Shown here: piece after piece, positions 51,666 to 64,000 of the stretch
How positions within the stretch are numbered: position 1 is the stretch's first letter
Layout: each line of letters starts with the position of its first letter
Program-made: the position numbers and the translations under genes
From: Balanoglossus misakiensis
Taxonomy: Eukaryota > Animalia > Hemichordata
Assembly (NCBI GenBank): GCA_040954595.2
Contig: CM082578.2
Span: forward strand, 2,834,831-2,898,830
Reading direction: 5' to 3'
DNA: 64,000 nucleotides
Notes under the pieces: generated by a model
What the model was told of the DNA's origin: nothing
Seen by the model: only the letters and a program-made list of their open reading frames with translations
The model's database searches: none

Positions 51666-52925
51666 CTACGATATTCAGAATACTAGCAACAAATGCCAAA
51701 CTAGCAACACCGGCTTTCTTTGAGGGGGCCACCGGCTTTCTTTGAGGGGGCCCGACACGTTATCTCTAAAATTGTAACAACGTCACAATTTAGTAGACAA
51801 AGAGGCGCCCCCCCCCCATCCCTATTGCGCAGTTGAAGTACGTGCGTGTTGAGAGAGACGTGTCGACTCGAACGCTGCTCTAGGAAGCTCGTAGTTACCT
51901 TCTTACCGGGACATTTGTACTTGAACGGACTGGGTTCCTCCCACTTCAGGTCGGTAGATTCCTGTGAAGCAGAGACGTGAATTTTGCCGTTCCTAGTGCC
52001 GCGGGTTGCAGTGTATCCCGTCTGTTGAACTTTTTTAGAGATTGAGATGAGAATTAGCAGTGTAGGATAGAGACGACGTACCAAACTGCCGTGTTGTATT
52101 CTGAATTTGTGTTGAAATAAATACGACGGAAGAGTTTGAACAGCATTGCTGTGTGGACTGATAGTTTTGTGGCAAATTCGGGCGTGCGAGGCCGCCGCTA
52201 ACCTTGCCGCGATCACCCGGCCGCTTGAGAACTTTCTCGACCTACGCATGAACTTGTTGTTTGTGGCAGCAATCGTGACAGGTTACGTTGTTTGAAAAAT
52301 AACGTTAACGCGTCAATGCGCCCAGCGGCGGACGTCACATAAATTTTTTTTCAGATCTGGCTTTTTCAACGTGTTTGTTTGGCGTTCATGATTTAGTATA
52401 CAGTATATCCATGTTCTTGTTCCGCTATTTCCCATTCCGAAAACCCCAAAGTTTTGACTAGAAAAGGCCTCAGACACCTTCATATGCTGTCCGGCAGCCG
52501 GGGTGGGATATCCGACCGCGGTGCAGCTCAAAGTGGCGTGGAGCTGGTAATGTTGGGAACAGTGCAGCCGGCCGGTGGATCGACGTCTTAGCCTACACTT
52601 TCATACCCGCCGGCGTGCGGCAATCGGGAGGAACCCAGTCCGTTCAAGCGCAAATGTCCCGGTCAGTAGGTAACTACGAGCTTCGTAGAGCAGCGTTCGA
52701 CACGCTAAACAACTCTCGTCGTCCGTGTTCAAGTCTCCTACCCCTTTCTGTCCACGTCTCTCTCTCAACACGCACGTACTTCAACTGCGCAATTGGGATG
52801 GGGGGACGCCTCTTTGTCTAGTACATTGTGACGTTGTTACAATTTTAGAGATAACGCGTTGCTGGCATGAAAGAAATACGATGTTGCCAGTTTGCCGTTT
52901 GGTGCTGGTAAAAAGAATTCCGTGG
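51666..52925. mobile_element. MITE with long TIRs, TA flanks (copy 2, inverted relative to 2172-3382)
   Basis: TA|CTACGATATTC...GAATTCCGTGG|TA. Internal sequence is the reverse complement of 2172-3382. Confidence 0.8.
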
Positions 52926-54319
52926 TATTATCAGTCAGTCCACAGCATGACATTTTCGGCCTAATTGGGCTGTGCATTGGTTCTTTTACAAGCTTTAGGC
53001 CACCGCCCCTCTAAGCGAAAACGGCACATTACCGAGCTAGGCTTCGGCATGGCATACTATTATTAGCTAGGTACAGTTTGGCATGACATTTTATTAAATT
53101 AAGAGCTAGGGTTAAAGCCCCACACTCACAGTGTAAATTGTGCAAACTTTTTTCGTACAGTAAAATGTTTCTATTTAAGCTTGTAGAAGCACAGTCAGAG
53201 ATTTTGCTTCGGAAAGAGGCAGAGGAAATAAATACTGTAGCTTTATGTAAAGAAGCGGAGGTCGTTTTTGTACTTTGTTGAGTATATTTCTTACAAACTG
53301 AGGCGAAAGCACATATCTATAAAACACTACCAAGTCCCATTTCTTTGTGAACATTCAGAATGGCATGAGGGGGATACGTTTTTAAATGCTCGTTCAATGA
53401 GAGCTTTGCTTAAAAAGTAATAGTATACAGTCCCATAGACTTTTAAAACATGGAGAACAAAACAACACACATTGAAAAAAGTTAAGAATAAAAAAAATAG
53501 AACAGAAACAGTAAAAACTGTTGAAAATATATCAATTGAAAACAAATTTTAATCACTCAAGAAAAATGATGAAAAATGTGACAAGGAGTCACAAACCATG
53601 TTTTGCTATCAAGGCATATAGAAAGGGAGAGCAGAAATGTTAATGCTACTGAGGTTCCAAAACCATTTCAATAGCTCATCCTCAACAAACGCATTGGTTG
53701 TGAATACACATCATACCACAAACACACTCTGCAAGTTGCATATTTCTGAAGTATTTTTTGTAAATGGGAGAGCCATGTCTATCATACAGATTAAGGGTCT
53801 GGCCTGCTGATTGTTCTGCATGGATAGCTTTCGTTCTTTTTCCAGAACTCTGTATTTTTATTTTTATTTTTCATTGATACTAAATTCAGCCAACTCATGA
53901 AACAACTTACAGCATAATTTCATGACTCTTCAAAACAGATTTTGATGACTGCACATTAATTAAAAAAGTAATTTAAAATTCAGATTATCTGCTTTCTTCC
54001 ATTCCAAAGATTTAATCTGTGTGGAATTTTGTTATAAAGTACAAAGTTATTAAAATGGGCTATTTTGTTAACACCCATGTTTTTTATTTTAATTTTTATT
54101 ACTGAAACCCAGTTTATGTGTTCATATATCACATCTGCTGGACCAAAATGTCAGCGCACTTGATTTCACTGCTTTAATTCTATCCACAAATTTCCAATAA
54201 AAGTCTTTATATAAAAAATCATGTACATCTTTGTATTTTCCTGTATGGTCTTTTCTCATTATTGGCTTCGTTTCCCATTTTACACAGAGAAAATCCTTGG
54301 CAGACAATAAGATTTTGTA

Positions 54320-54620
54320 TAGTGATATTTAAGTTTTGGCCACTTTTTAACACATATTGTTTTCTCTGAAACTGTCTGATTGCTTTGAACTTTGGTAGGC
54401 ATGCTCCTTGTGGTGATTGAAGTGATATTTGAGTTTTGGCCACTTTTTAACAAATATTGTTTTCTCTGAAACTGTCTGATTGCTTTGAACTTCGGTAATA
54501 ATGTTCCTTGTGGTGATTGCAGTAAAATTTCGTATAGCATGCCAAACTAGGCCTGCACAAACGTTGTAGGAAGTAATCCCCCAAACGGCAGTTTTCCACC
54601 GCTGTTTGGGGGATTATAAC
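54320..54620. repeat. ~100-bp tandem repeat plus a HINE-like hairpin
   Basis: gatatttRagttttggccactttttaac...gtggtgattg occurs twice, with a diverged copy at ~54750-54870. Hairpin taatcccccaaac...gtttgggggatta at 54574-54616. Confidence 0.55.
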
Positions 54621-54879
54621 CAAAGTGTGAATGTCTCAGTGAACACACTAAACACGAAATTGTATAGAAAGATGTTGGTTGTTTTATAACAGTGCAAATA
54701 TCAGCCACACATTGTCATTGGTGCAAAGGGTTTTCCTCGTGAGTGTTATTTGAGTTTTAGCCACTTTTTTACACACATTGTTTTGTCTGAAACTCTTTGT
54801 TAGATTGCTTGAACTTCGGTATACATGTTTCCTTGTGGTGATTTAAATAATATTTGAATTTAGGCCACTTTTTTTCACA

Positions 54880-57800
54880 CCCTATGTAAAAAATTTGATG
54901 ACTATTTCAAAAAAGCAGTTTTATTAACCCCACTCAATGCTAAAATGCCTTTTTGGCCAGTTTTTGTCTAAAAAGACCATTTTTAGAAAAATAATGTTTC
55001 GTATTTGGAGATTTGATGCAACGTATGAATTGTCCATTTTATGTAAAATAGGTGTTGTTGACATTTCATACATCATCAAATCTCGAAATTGAAGAAAGTT
55101 TTTTTTTAAATTTTGTTTCTAAAAATGACCTTTTTTGGGAAAAAGTGTCTAAATGGCAATTTTGTCTTGAGTGGGGTCAATAAGACTGATATTTTTGGAA
55201 TCAGCACCAATTTTTCATAGAACAAACTCTTCATGTATCACATGATCTCTGAACTTTATGAAGAAAAGTTTTTTTTTTTCTTTTTTTCTTTTTCTAAAAT
55301 TGGCCTTTTAGGCAAAAACTTGCCAAAAAGGCATTTCTGCATTGTGTGGGGTCACGAAAACTGCCTTTTTTGGAATAGTCACCAAATTTTACATAGGGTG
55401 GGTATATAATACAGTAACAGATCTCCAAAAGTTAAGAAAATATATAAGTTTTGAGTGTTTTCTGGAAATGACCTTTTTTTCTTTTTCTAAAAATGGCCTT
55501 TTAGGCAAAAACTTGCCAAAAAGGCATTTCTGCATTGTGTGGGGTCACAAAAACTGCCTTTTTTTGGAATAGTCACCAAATTTTACATAGGGTGGGTATA
55601 TAATACAGTAACAGATCTCCAAAAGTTAAGAAAATATATAAGTTTTGAGTGTTTTCTGGAAATGACCTTTTTGGACAAAAATTGGCAAAAATGACAATTT
55701 TGCCTTCAGAGGGGGTCAAGTACACTGGTATTTCTGGAATCAGAACCATGTTTACATAGAATGAACTTTTCATATCTCACATGATCCCTGAATATGAAGA
55801 AAACAGTTTGTTTTTCTTTTTTTTCATAAAAATGACCTTTTTGACCCCAAAAATGTGCCCAAAATGGCATTTTTGTATTGATTGGGGTCAATAAGACTGC
55901 TTTATTTTTTAATAGTCACCACTTTTAACATATAATTGCCTTTCCATAGATCATCAGATCAACCAATATGAAGAAAACAGTGTGTTTAAAATTTTGTCTA
56001 AAAATGACGTTTTTTGGACAAAAATTGTCAAAAAGACAATGTTGTCTTGTATGGGGTCAATCAGACTGCTTTCTTCGTAATATCCACCAAAGTTCATATG
56101 GAATAGGCATATTGTATGCCATCAGACCTCTGAATGTTACAAAAACAGCGTGTTTTGAGTGTTTTCTAAAAAAATTACCATTTTTGGGTTAAAAGTGGCC
56201 AAAATGGCAATTTTGTCTTGGGTGGGGTCAATAACACTGACTTTTGGAGGGATCAGCACCATTTTTAGGTCCCATTGGTATAGGCCTATATACCATGGGA
56301 CCTTATGGGATGGGTTGCGTCTGTATGTATGTATGGATGGATGTATGTATGGATGTATGTCTGTATGTCCGTCCACATCAAAAACTTGAAAACCGCTGCG
56401 CGTATCACCTCAAAATTTGGTGTGTAGGTGCAGGCAGGGCTGTAGATGGGAGTTTGTCCAAACGAAGTTGCCAGGCCCAAAAATATGCAAATTAGCTTGT
56501 AAAATATGAAATTTATCAAAACTCTGTAAGTCAACAATTACTGGTCAGATTGCTTTGAAAACTGGTATGCATGTACCATATGTCAACCTCACATCGACCT
56601 GTAAGTGTTAAGTTGATATCATGGATGTTTTATTTTTTATGAATTTTTAGTCTTTTTATTAAATTTATAACTTTACTTATACCTCTATGGTTAAGCTATG
56701 TCCACGTCTTATTGTGGAATTCTGGTCTGTGCAATAGTCCTGTACAGTGACTGTCTATTGGTCAGTGAGCACAATGGGGTCAAAATAAAGGGCAATTTTT
56801 GGGGCTCACCTGTAACACCTGCTTAACACATTAATTATGTGCATACCTAATTCCGGGCTAACTAATAGGGCTAGAGGTTTCGTTCTTGTGGGACATGGAC
56901 CAGTATAGGGTCAAAATTTCTTGCCCAAATTTTGCATGACCTCAGGTGACCTTTGACCTACTTTTCCATATCTTGGCATCCAGAGCAGGTACAGACTTGG
57001 CGTTTGGAGGGTTGGGACTAAAATTGAAAAGCCAACATTGGGGGTCACCTGTGACACCTGCATATCTCATTAATTATGTGCATACCTAATTCCAGGCTAA
57101 CCAATAAGGCTATAGGTTTGGTTTTTGTTGAACATGGACCAGTATAGGGTCAAAATTTCTTGCCCAAATTTTGCATGACCTCAGGTGACCTTTGACCTAC
57201 TTTACCATATCTTGGCATCCAGAGCAGGTACAGACTTAGCGTTTGGAGGGTTGGCACTAAAATTGAAAAGCCAAAATTGGGGGTCACCTGTGACACCTGC
57301 AAATCTCATTAATTATGTGCATACCTAATTCCAGGCTAACCAATAGGGCTATAGGTTTGGTTTTTGTTGAACATGGACCAGTATAGGGTCAAAATTTCTT
57401 GTCTAAATTTTGCATGACCTCAGGTGACCTTTGACCTACTTTTCCATATCTTGGCATCCAGAGCAGGTACAGACTTGGCGTTTGGAGGGTTGGCACTAAA
57501 ATTGAAAAGCCAAAATTGGGGGTCACCTGTGACACCTGCATATCTCATTAATTATGTGCATACCTAATTCCAGGCTAACCAATAAGGCTATAGGTTTGGT
57601 TCTTGTTGAACATGGACCAATACAAATTTCTTGCCCAAATTTTGCATGACCTCAAGTGACCTTTGACCTACTTTTCCATATCTTGGCATCCAGAGCAGGT
57701 ACAGACTTAGCGTTTGGAGGGTTGGCACTAAAATTGAAAAGCCAAAATTGGGGGTCACCTGTGACACCTGCATATCTCATTAATTATGTGCATACCTAAT

Positions 57801-58100
57801 TCCAGGCTAACCAATAAGACTATAGGTTTGGTTTTTGTTGAACATGGACCAGTATAGGGTCAAAATTTCTTGCCCAAATTTTGCATGACCTCAGGTGACC
57901 TTTGACCTACTTTTCCATATCTTGGCATCCAGAGCAGATATGCTTATTGCTATGTTGCTATGTGCTATGTCCTCAAATGGGACCACAGTGTCCTTGACGC
58001 TATTTTTTTTTACATAGGATGGACTTCTCAAACCTTGCTTACCAAAATTCTGATTAAAGGCACGTAACTCCTGGGGTAGTTGCTTGTCATTTACAGACAG
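54880..58100 (+). mobile_element. Older fragment of the Academ-type family of 1-1553, interrupted by HINE family 2
   Basis: 55490-56265 is colinear with ~120-890 and resumes at 58004 (tacataggatggacttc, cf. 893). Includes a ~193-bp tandem duplication at ~55285-55670. Confidence 0.7.
56262..58003 (+). mobile_element. Complete HINE family 2 element inserted into a T-run without TSD
   Basis: 5' hairpin ggtcccattggtata..tataccatgggacc, (TGTA/TGGA)n tract, ~4.7 copies of a 240-bp repeat (56800-57937), then 3' tgggacc plus stem-loop agtgtc-ctt-gacgct. The empty site is visible at 881-900. Confidence 0.85.
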
Positions 58101-58406
58101 TTTTTTGGTCATAAATCAGTTTTTCTAGCACTGCTAGTAAGATTGCTGTGACACATGACATTTGAATAGGCATAGTTAATTTTTTTTACATTTCCATATT
58201 TTTTATATAGTTATGTCATATCTGCTTGCCAAAGTCACCTTTGATTTTAATTCTGGTGTATACCTATTTCTGTGTAATCCCAAATAGGACCACAGTGTCC
58301 TTGACGCTATTTTTGTAAATAAAAGTGATTAAAATGCATTCAAAATGCTAATTTTAGTAAAAATCCTCAAATATTTCCTAGTATATAGACCTGTATACAT
58401 TATATA

Positions 58407-61400
58407 TAGACCATGAGCCAGCAGGGGTTTACCAACCCCCCCCCCCCCCCCCCCAATGTTTTTCTGAAAGCCTATCATATACTGAGTAAAATTCACTTTG
58501 TTTGCCATCTGGGCACCGGGGCGTTTTCGAGTTATTGGCTTCTAAATTATATTGGGTAACGTATGTAGAAATGCCTAAAAGTGCATATAAATTGACATAG
58601 GGGGGTAAATGTGTCTTGTAAAATACTGTCTCTCTGAATGTATACCTAGAACAACAGGGAAGTATTTGGTATCAAAAGAAAGCTTAATAAACAAGCTTTC
58701 CATTAATTACAAAATAAAAGTGATATGACAAATCATGACATCATCGTAACGTCATAAGTCAAAATACCCTTACGAAAATGGTGCTCTGTTCACCTATAAA
58801 TGTGAGGTTTTGCAAAACACGTCTCTGAGCAATTGTACTGATGAAAACTGTGATGTGTTTGGTATCAACAGAAAGCTGATTGAGTAAAGTATCTAACTAT
58901 TGCAAAACATTGATATAATAATCAATTACGTCATCATTACGTCATACTTCCAAGTACCCTTACCAATTAGTGACTATGATGACAAGTTATTACCCTAGGA
59001 GATAGGTGCCTTTAATTAAAAAAAATTGGTAAGGAAGGTTTGTGAAGTCCATTCTATGTAAAAAAATGGTGCTGATTCAAAAAAGTCAGTCTTATCAGTC
59101 TTATTGACCCCACCCAAGACAAAATTGCCATTTTGGCACTTTTTAACCCAAAAAAGGTCATTTTTAGAAAACACTAAAAACACACTGTTTTCGTCACATT
59201 CGAAGATCTGATGACATATGATATGCCTATTCTATGTAAAATTTGGTTGATATTACGAAAAAAGCAGTCTGACTGACCCCACCCAAGACAAAATTGCCAT
59301 TTTGGCACTTTTTAACCCAAAAAAGGTCATTTTTAAAAAACACTAAAAACACACTGTTTTCATCACATTCGAGAATCTGATGACATATGAAACGCCTATT
59401 CTATGTAAAATTTGGTTGATATTACGAAAAAAGCAGTCTGACTGACCCCAAACGAGACAGAATTGCCTTTTTGACCATTTTTTGCCCAAAAACGTCATTT
59501 TTAGACAAAACTTAAAACACACTCTTCTCTTCATATTGATTGATTTGATGATATATGGAAAGTCAATTCTATGTGTCAAATGGTGACTATAAAACATAAA
59601 GCAGTCTTTTTGACCCCAATCAATACAAAAATGCCATTTTTGGCCAAAATAGGTCATTTTCACAAAAAAACTAAAAACAAACTGTTTTCTTCATATTCAG
59701 AGATCTGATAATGTATTATATACCGACCCTGTGTAAAATTTAGTAGGTATTCAAGAAAGTGGGTTTATTGGCGCCACTCAAGATTAAAGTTTTTGCCCAA
59801 AAAGGCCATTTTAAGAAATAAGCAAACGTTTTTCTTTATATTTGGAAATTTGATCATGTATGAAAAGTCCATTTATTGAAAAATTTGTGTTGACTCTAGA
59901 AAAAGCAATCTTATTGATCTCAATGAAGATGAAAATACTTTTTGCCCAAAAAGGGTCATTTTTAGAAAATACTAAAAACATGCTATTTTTTTTCCCTTTG
60001 GTGATCTAATAATAAATAAAAGTCCATTCTATCTTAAAAGTAGCGATTTTTCCTAAAAAACACTATTACTGACTCCACAGAGGGAAAAAATGCCATTTTG
60101 GCCACTTTGCTCAAAAAAGGTAACTGTTTGAAACTTCTTTCTTTATTTTCAGAGATCTTATGATGTACGGAGAAGGTCCATTTTTCTTGAAAGGGAGCCA
60201 ATTCAAAAACAAAATTCTTTTCAGCCCTACAAAATTGTCATTTTGGCCATTTTTGGTCAAAAAGGTCATTTCAAGAAAAAATGGAAACAAGCTGTTTTCT
60301 TCGTATTTAAATGTTTGATTATGAATGGAAAGTCCATTTTTTGCAAAAAATATGCTGATACCAACACAACAGTCTTATTAAGACCCCACTCAATACAAAA
60401 TTGCCACTGAGCCATCTTCTAGTCAACAATTGTCTTTTTCAGAAAACAAAATAATTGGTATTTTTGCCTTTTGAGTCTTGATGTTATATTTGCATATTTA
60501 AAATGTCATACCATATGATATCAGTTGAATTGATGATATTGAAAGGCAGAGTTGCCACAATTTGGCACATTTAGCCTAAAATGGAACTCAATAAAACGAG
60601 ACGATCCATGTATTCACACTGTATACTATAAGTCGTTTATACATGGTATAAATTTTTTAAAGTACATCTATACCAGCTCCGGATGGATTGTTGACATTTA
60701 TCCTCTTCGTTGTGAATACAAAATCAGAAATTATATCATATCATGATACCTCCGTCATTTTGATTGGACAGGGGTGCAATCCCACAATGCTAAATACTCA
60801 ATAGAGCTAAAACTGGCCCCTGAACTAGCACACTTTGGTTCAATTCGTATAACTTATTTTACTCTTGACGCTGTTTCATCATCATTATGAGTTCAATCTC
60901 CAAATGCAAACATTTTTTTCTCTAGAAAATGTTTAAAATGATAAATTTGTCTTAAGTAGGTCTTTTTAGGCAATAAATTGCCAAAAACGCAATTTTGACT
61001 AGCATGGGGTCAATCAGATTTTTTTTTACATAGAATGGACTTTTCATACATAATTCGATCTCTGAATATGAAGAAAACAGTTTGTTTTTAGTTTTTTTGT
61101 AAAAATGACCTTTTTTGGCCAAAAATGGCATTTTTGTATTGATTGGGGTCAAAAAGACTGCTTTATGTTTTATAGTCACCATTTTACACATAGAATTGAC
61201 TTTCCATAATTTTTAAGTTTTGTCTAAAAATGACGTTTTTGGGCAAAAATGGTCAAAAAGGCAATTCTGTCTCGTTTGAGGTCAGTCAGACTGCTTTTTT
61301 CGTAATATCAACCAAATTTTACATAGAATAGGCATATCAAATGTCATCAGATCTCAGAGTTTGACGAAAACAGTGTGTTTTTAGTGATTTATAAAAATGA

Positions 61401-62328
61401 CCTTTTTGGGGTTAAAAAGTGCCAAAATGGCAATTTTGTCTTGGATGGGGTCAGTCAGACTGCTTTTTTCGTAATATCAACCAAATTTTACATAGAATAG
61501 ACATATCATATGTCATCAGATCTTCGAATGTGACGAAAACAGTGTGTTTTTAGTGTTTTCTAAAAATGACCTTTTTTGGGTTAAAAAGTGCCAAAATGGC
61601 AATTTTGTCTTGGGTGGGGTCAATAAGACTGCCTCTTTTGGAATCAGCACCAATTTTTACATATAATGGACTTCACAAACCTTCCTTACCAATTATTGTA
61701 TTTAAAGGCACCTATCTCCTAGGGTAATAACTTGTCATCATAGTCACTAATTGGTAAGGGTACTTGGAAGTATGACGTAATGATGACGTAATTGATTATT
61801 ATATCAATTTTTGCAATATATAGATACTTTACTCAATCAGCTTTCTGTTGATACCAAACACATCACAGTTTTCATCAGTACAATTGCTCAGAGACGTGTT
61901 TTGCAAAACCTAACATTTATAGGTGAACAGAACACCATTTTCATAAGGGTATTTTGACTTATGACGTCACTATGATGTCATGATTTGTCATATCACTTTT
62001 ATTTTGTATTCAATGGAAAGCTTGTTTATTAAGCTTTCTTTTGATACTAAATACTTCCCTGTTGTTCTAGGTATACATTCAGAGAGACAGTATTTTACAA
62101 GACTAATTTACCCCCCTACGTCAATTTATATGCACTTTTAGGCTTTTCTACATACGTTACCCAATATAATTTAGAAGCCAATAGCTCGAAAATGCCCCGG
62201 TGCCCAGATGGCAAACAAAGTGAATTTTACTCAGTATATGATAGGCTTTCAGAAAAACATTGTCTCAAAAATTCCCCCGAGGGGTGGGGGTGGGGGGGGG
62301 GGGTAAACCCCTACTGGCTCATGGTCTA
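58407..62328. mobile_element. Complete non-autonomous Academ-type foldback element with ~1.3-kb TIRs
   Basis: ATA|TAGACCATGAGCCAG...CTGGCTCATGGTCTA|ATA gives a 3-bp TSD. 58407-~59700 is the reverse complement of ~61060-62328. Confidence 0.88.
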
Positions 62329-62821
62329 ATAGTATTGTTAGTGTGAAATTATTGGAGAAATTTCCAGTTTTAGGTTCTGAAAATTGTGTCTGCAACATAT
62401 CCTCGTTTTTAGGGCAAGATGCTAAAAAAGCTATTTTGGTAAAAAAAACTCAAATTGTGTAGTTAATTGATGCTCTAGTAAATTATACTTTGTTTTTAGC
62501 ATACATTTTTAATATTTTTTTTTTACAATTTCAGTTATTTTCAGTGAAAATGCCAAAATTCACCATTTTTGGTCAACAATCTCAGTTGTGGACCCACTTT
62601 TTCAGTAGAAGTGACCTGATTTTACATCAACAGTTTACCACCCATCATTTCTAGCTAATTTCATGTAAGACAAAACTCCTATACAACAAAATGACATTTC
62701 TAGAGCCTTTTTGCTGGTGGGGCCCCATAGCCTACTGAGATACATTTAATTTTATCCTTTAAAATGCATGTAGGGAATAAAATTTAAGACCTACATTTCG
62801 ATTTATCAATTGGCTTAACTA

Positions 62822-63028
62822 CTTTAAACATGGTAAAACTGGTTACTTTCGCTCACAATAAATTTTCACGAAATACGCGAGAACCAAAAATAAAAACATG
62901 AAAATAAAAGGTCGCATAAAATGTTAACGATGCAGTTAAATTCAAGAACGTGAAAATTAATCCTCGTAAAACAGTTGTCTCTTTAATATCGCAAACATTT
63001 CCTGTCGCAGAAATAACCCGTTTTAAAG
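62822..63028. mobile_element. TA-flanked MITE related to 14324-14721
   Basis: ta|ctttaaa...ttttaaag|ta; gaaatacgcgagaacc is the reverse complement of 14668-14685. Confidence 0.55.
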
Positions 63029-63181
63029 TATTAACTGCATTTCAAAAATATTTTTGAAAGACACAGCAACTGACAATTGCCTGTGTTAATTTGGTGGAAC
63101 ATGGTCATTCAAATATGAACTACTATTTCGAATGAACTTGGCGAGACCGCACATTATTTATACTACGTATAATTTAATTAC

Positions 63182-64000
63182 CCATTCTAACGTTGTAAGG
63201 TTGCTTCTCATTTTGAACATCCTGTTGCCGAAAACGACTCTCTTGTCCTCGTACAGCAAGCAAACGTTGTTGTAAGACTCCACGTAATGAGTGTCCTTGC
63301 ACTGTAGAATAGAATATCATATAAAATAAAGATGAACTATTGAACGTTTTTTGGGATGCTCCTTTATTTTGTTACGTTTTGTTTTAATTACAAACATACA
63401 TTTTTATTTTTACTTTACAATATTGTTTTCGAATTAGGTCCTTTGCTGAAATCATTATTTTTCGGTTCGCTTGTTTTTTAAATTCGGAATGCCATTTTAA
63501 ATTACTATGACGAAATGGTTACTATATACTGGCGCTGTTACTCACCTGAATGGATGTGGCTGCTTGCTTGAAAAGAGCTCTGTTCCTTATAAAATCTGTG
63601 AGCAGTGTGATAGCAACTGGGCTTTCATGGGGGGTATGCGTGGGCTTGTATCCTGGCCTTTTGCACCTAGACTGCTCGTGGCACTGGGCATGGTTTCTCT
63701 GTAGTAAAATATGATTCATGTACATTTTTACATGTGCAGTTGGCGTTACGACTTAGAAAAGAGAAAGAAAACGCTCGTCAAATCGTTACTGTGAAGGTGA
63801 AATTAATGCCTGTACTAACCCCAAGTGATCAATCGCGTTAAGAAGACATGTCCTCAAGAGCTGACTGGCTTCGACTTCATTTTCCTCTGTTTGCTCTCTA
63901 GCGTCCAAAAATTCGTGGGTATGCTTCATACACCAATAGAAATGAGTTTTTATAGAAGCCCCTGTGTAGAAATTTAGATCAATCGTTACCATTGTAAAAG
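63182..64000 (-). CDS. Intron-containing Kolobok-like DDE transposase, C-terminal exons (63820->64000, 63546-~63697, 63182-63301); may be a pseudogene
   Basis: IKTHFYWCMK...LLNAIDH / NHAQCHEQSRC..GYKP...LLTDFI..RALFK / CKDTHYVESYNNV..YEDKRVVFG..FKMRSNLTTLEW, with gt..ag introns. The family was recalled from the motif pattern. Confidence 0.6.

Noticed and set aside
58407-62328. hAT assignment from TAG termini
   Set aside because: The 8-bp flanks do not match; a 3-bp ATA duplication fits Academ.

Overview
AT-rich, intron-containing animal DNA. The SRCR/HYR/pentraxin gene content suggests a marine invertebrate deuterostome, but that is inference. No prokaryotic features, RNA genes or CRISPR arrays were seen. 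The left third (2-19.4 kb) holds 11 phase-compatible minus-strand exons (773 codons, no stops) of a large cell-surface receptor: SRCR-SRCR-pentraxin-HYR-HYR followed by a GAIN-like region (adhesion-GPCR or polycystin-like). Its first exon and its GPS/TM exons were not found. The rest is densely nested transposon DNA: Academ-type elements (TAG..CTA, 3-bp TSD, Cys8 remnants), an AcademH-type MITE, Zator-, IS3EU- and Kolobok-like elements, a tandem BEL/Pao retrotransposon relic and several MITEs. There are also at least three families of Helentron-like non-autonomous elements (HINEs). The most unusual structure is HINE family 1. It forms long trains of bodies, includes three stacked 5' heads followed by three matching bodies (self-nesting), and is packed with AGGTCA direct repeats. 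Family assignments come from visual motif recognition, not database searches.
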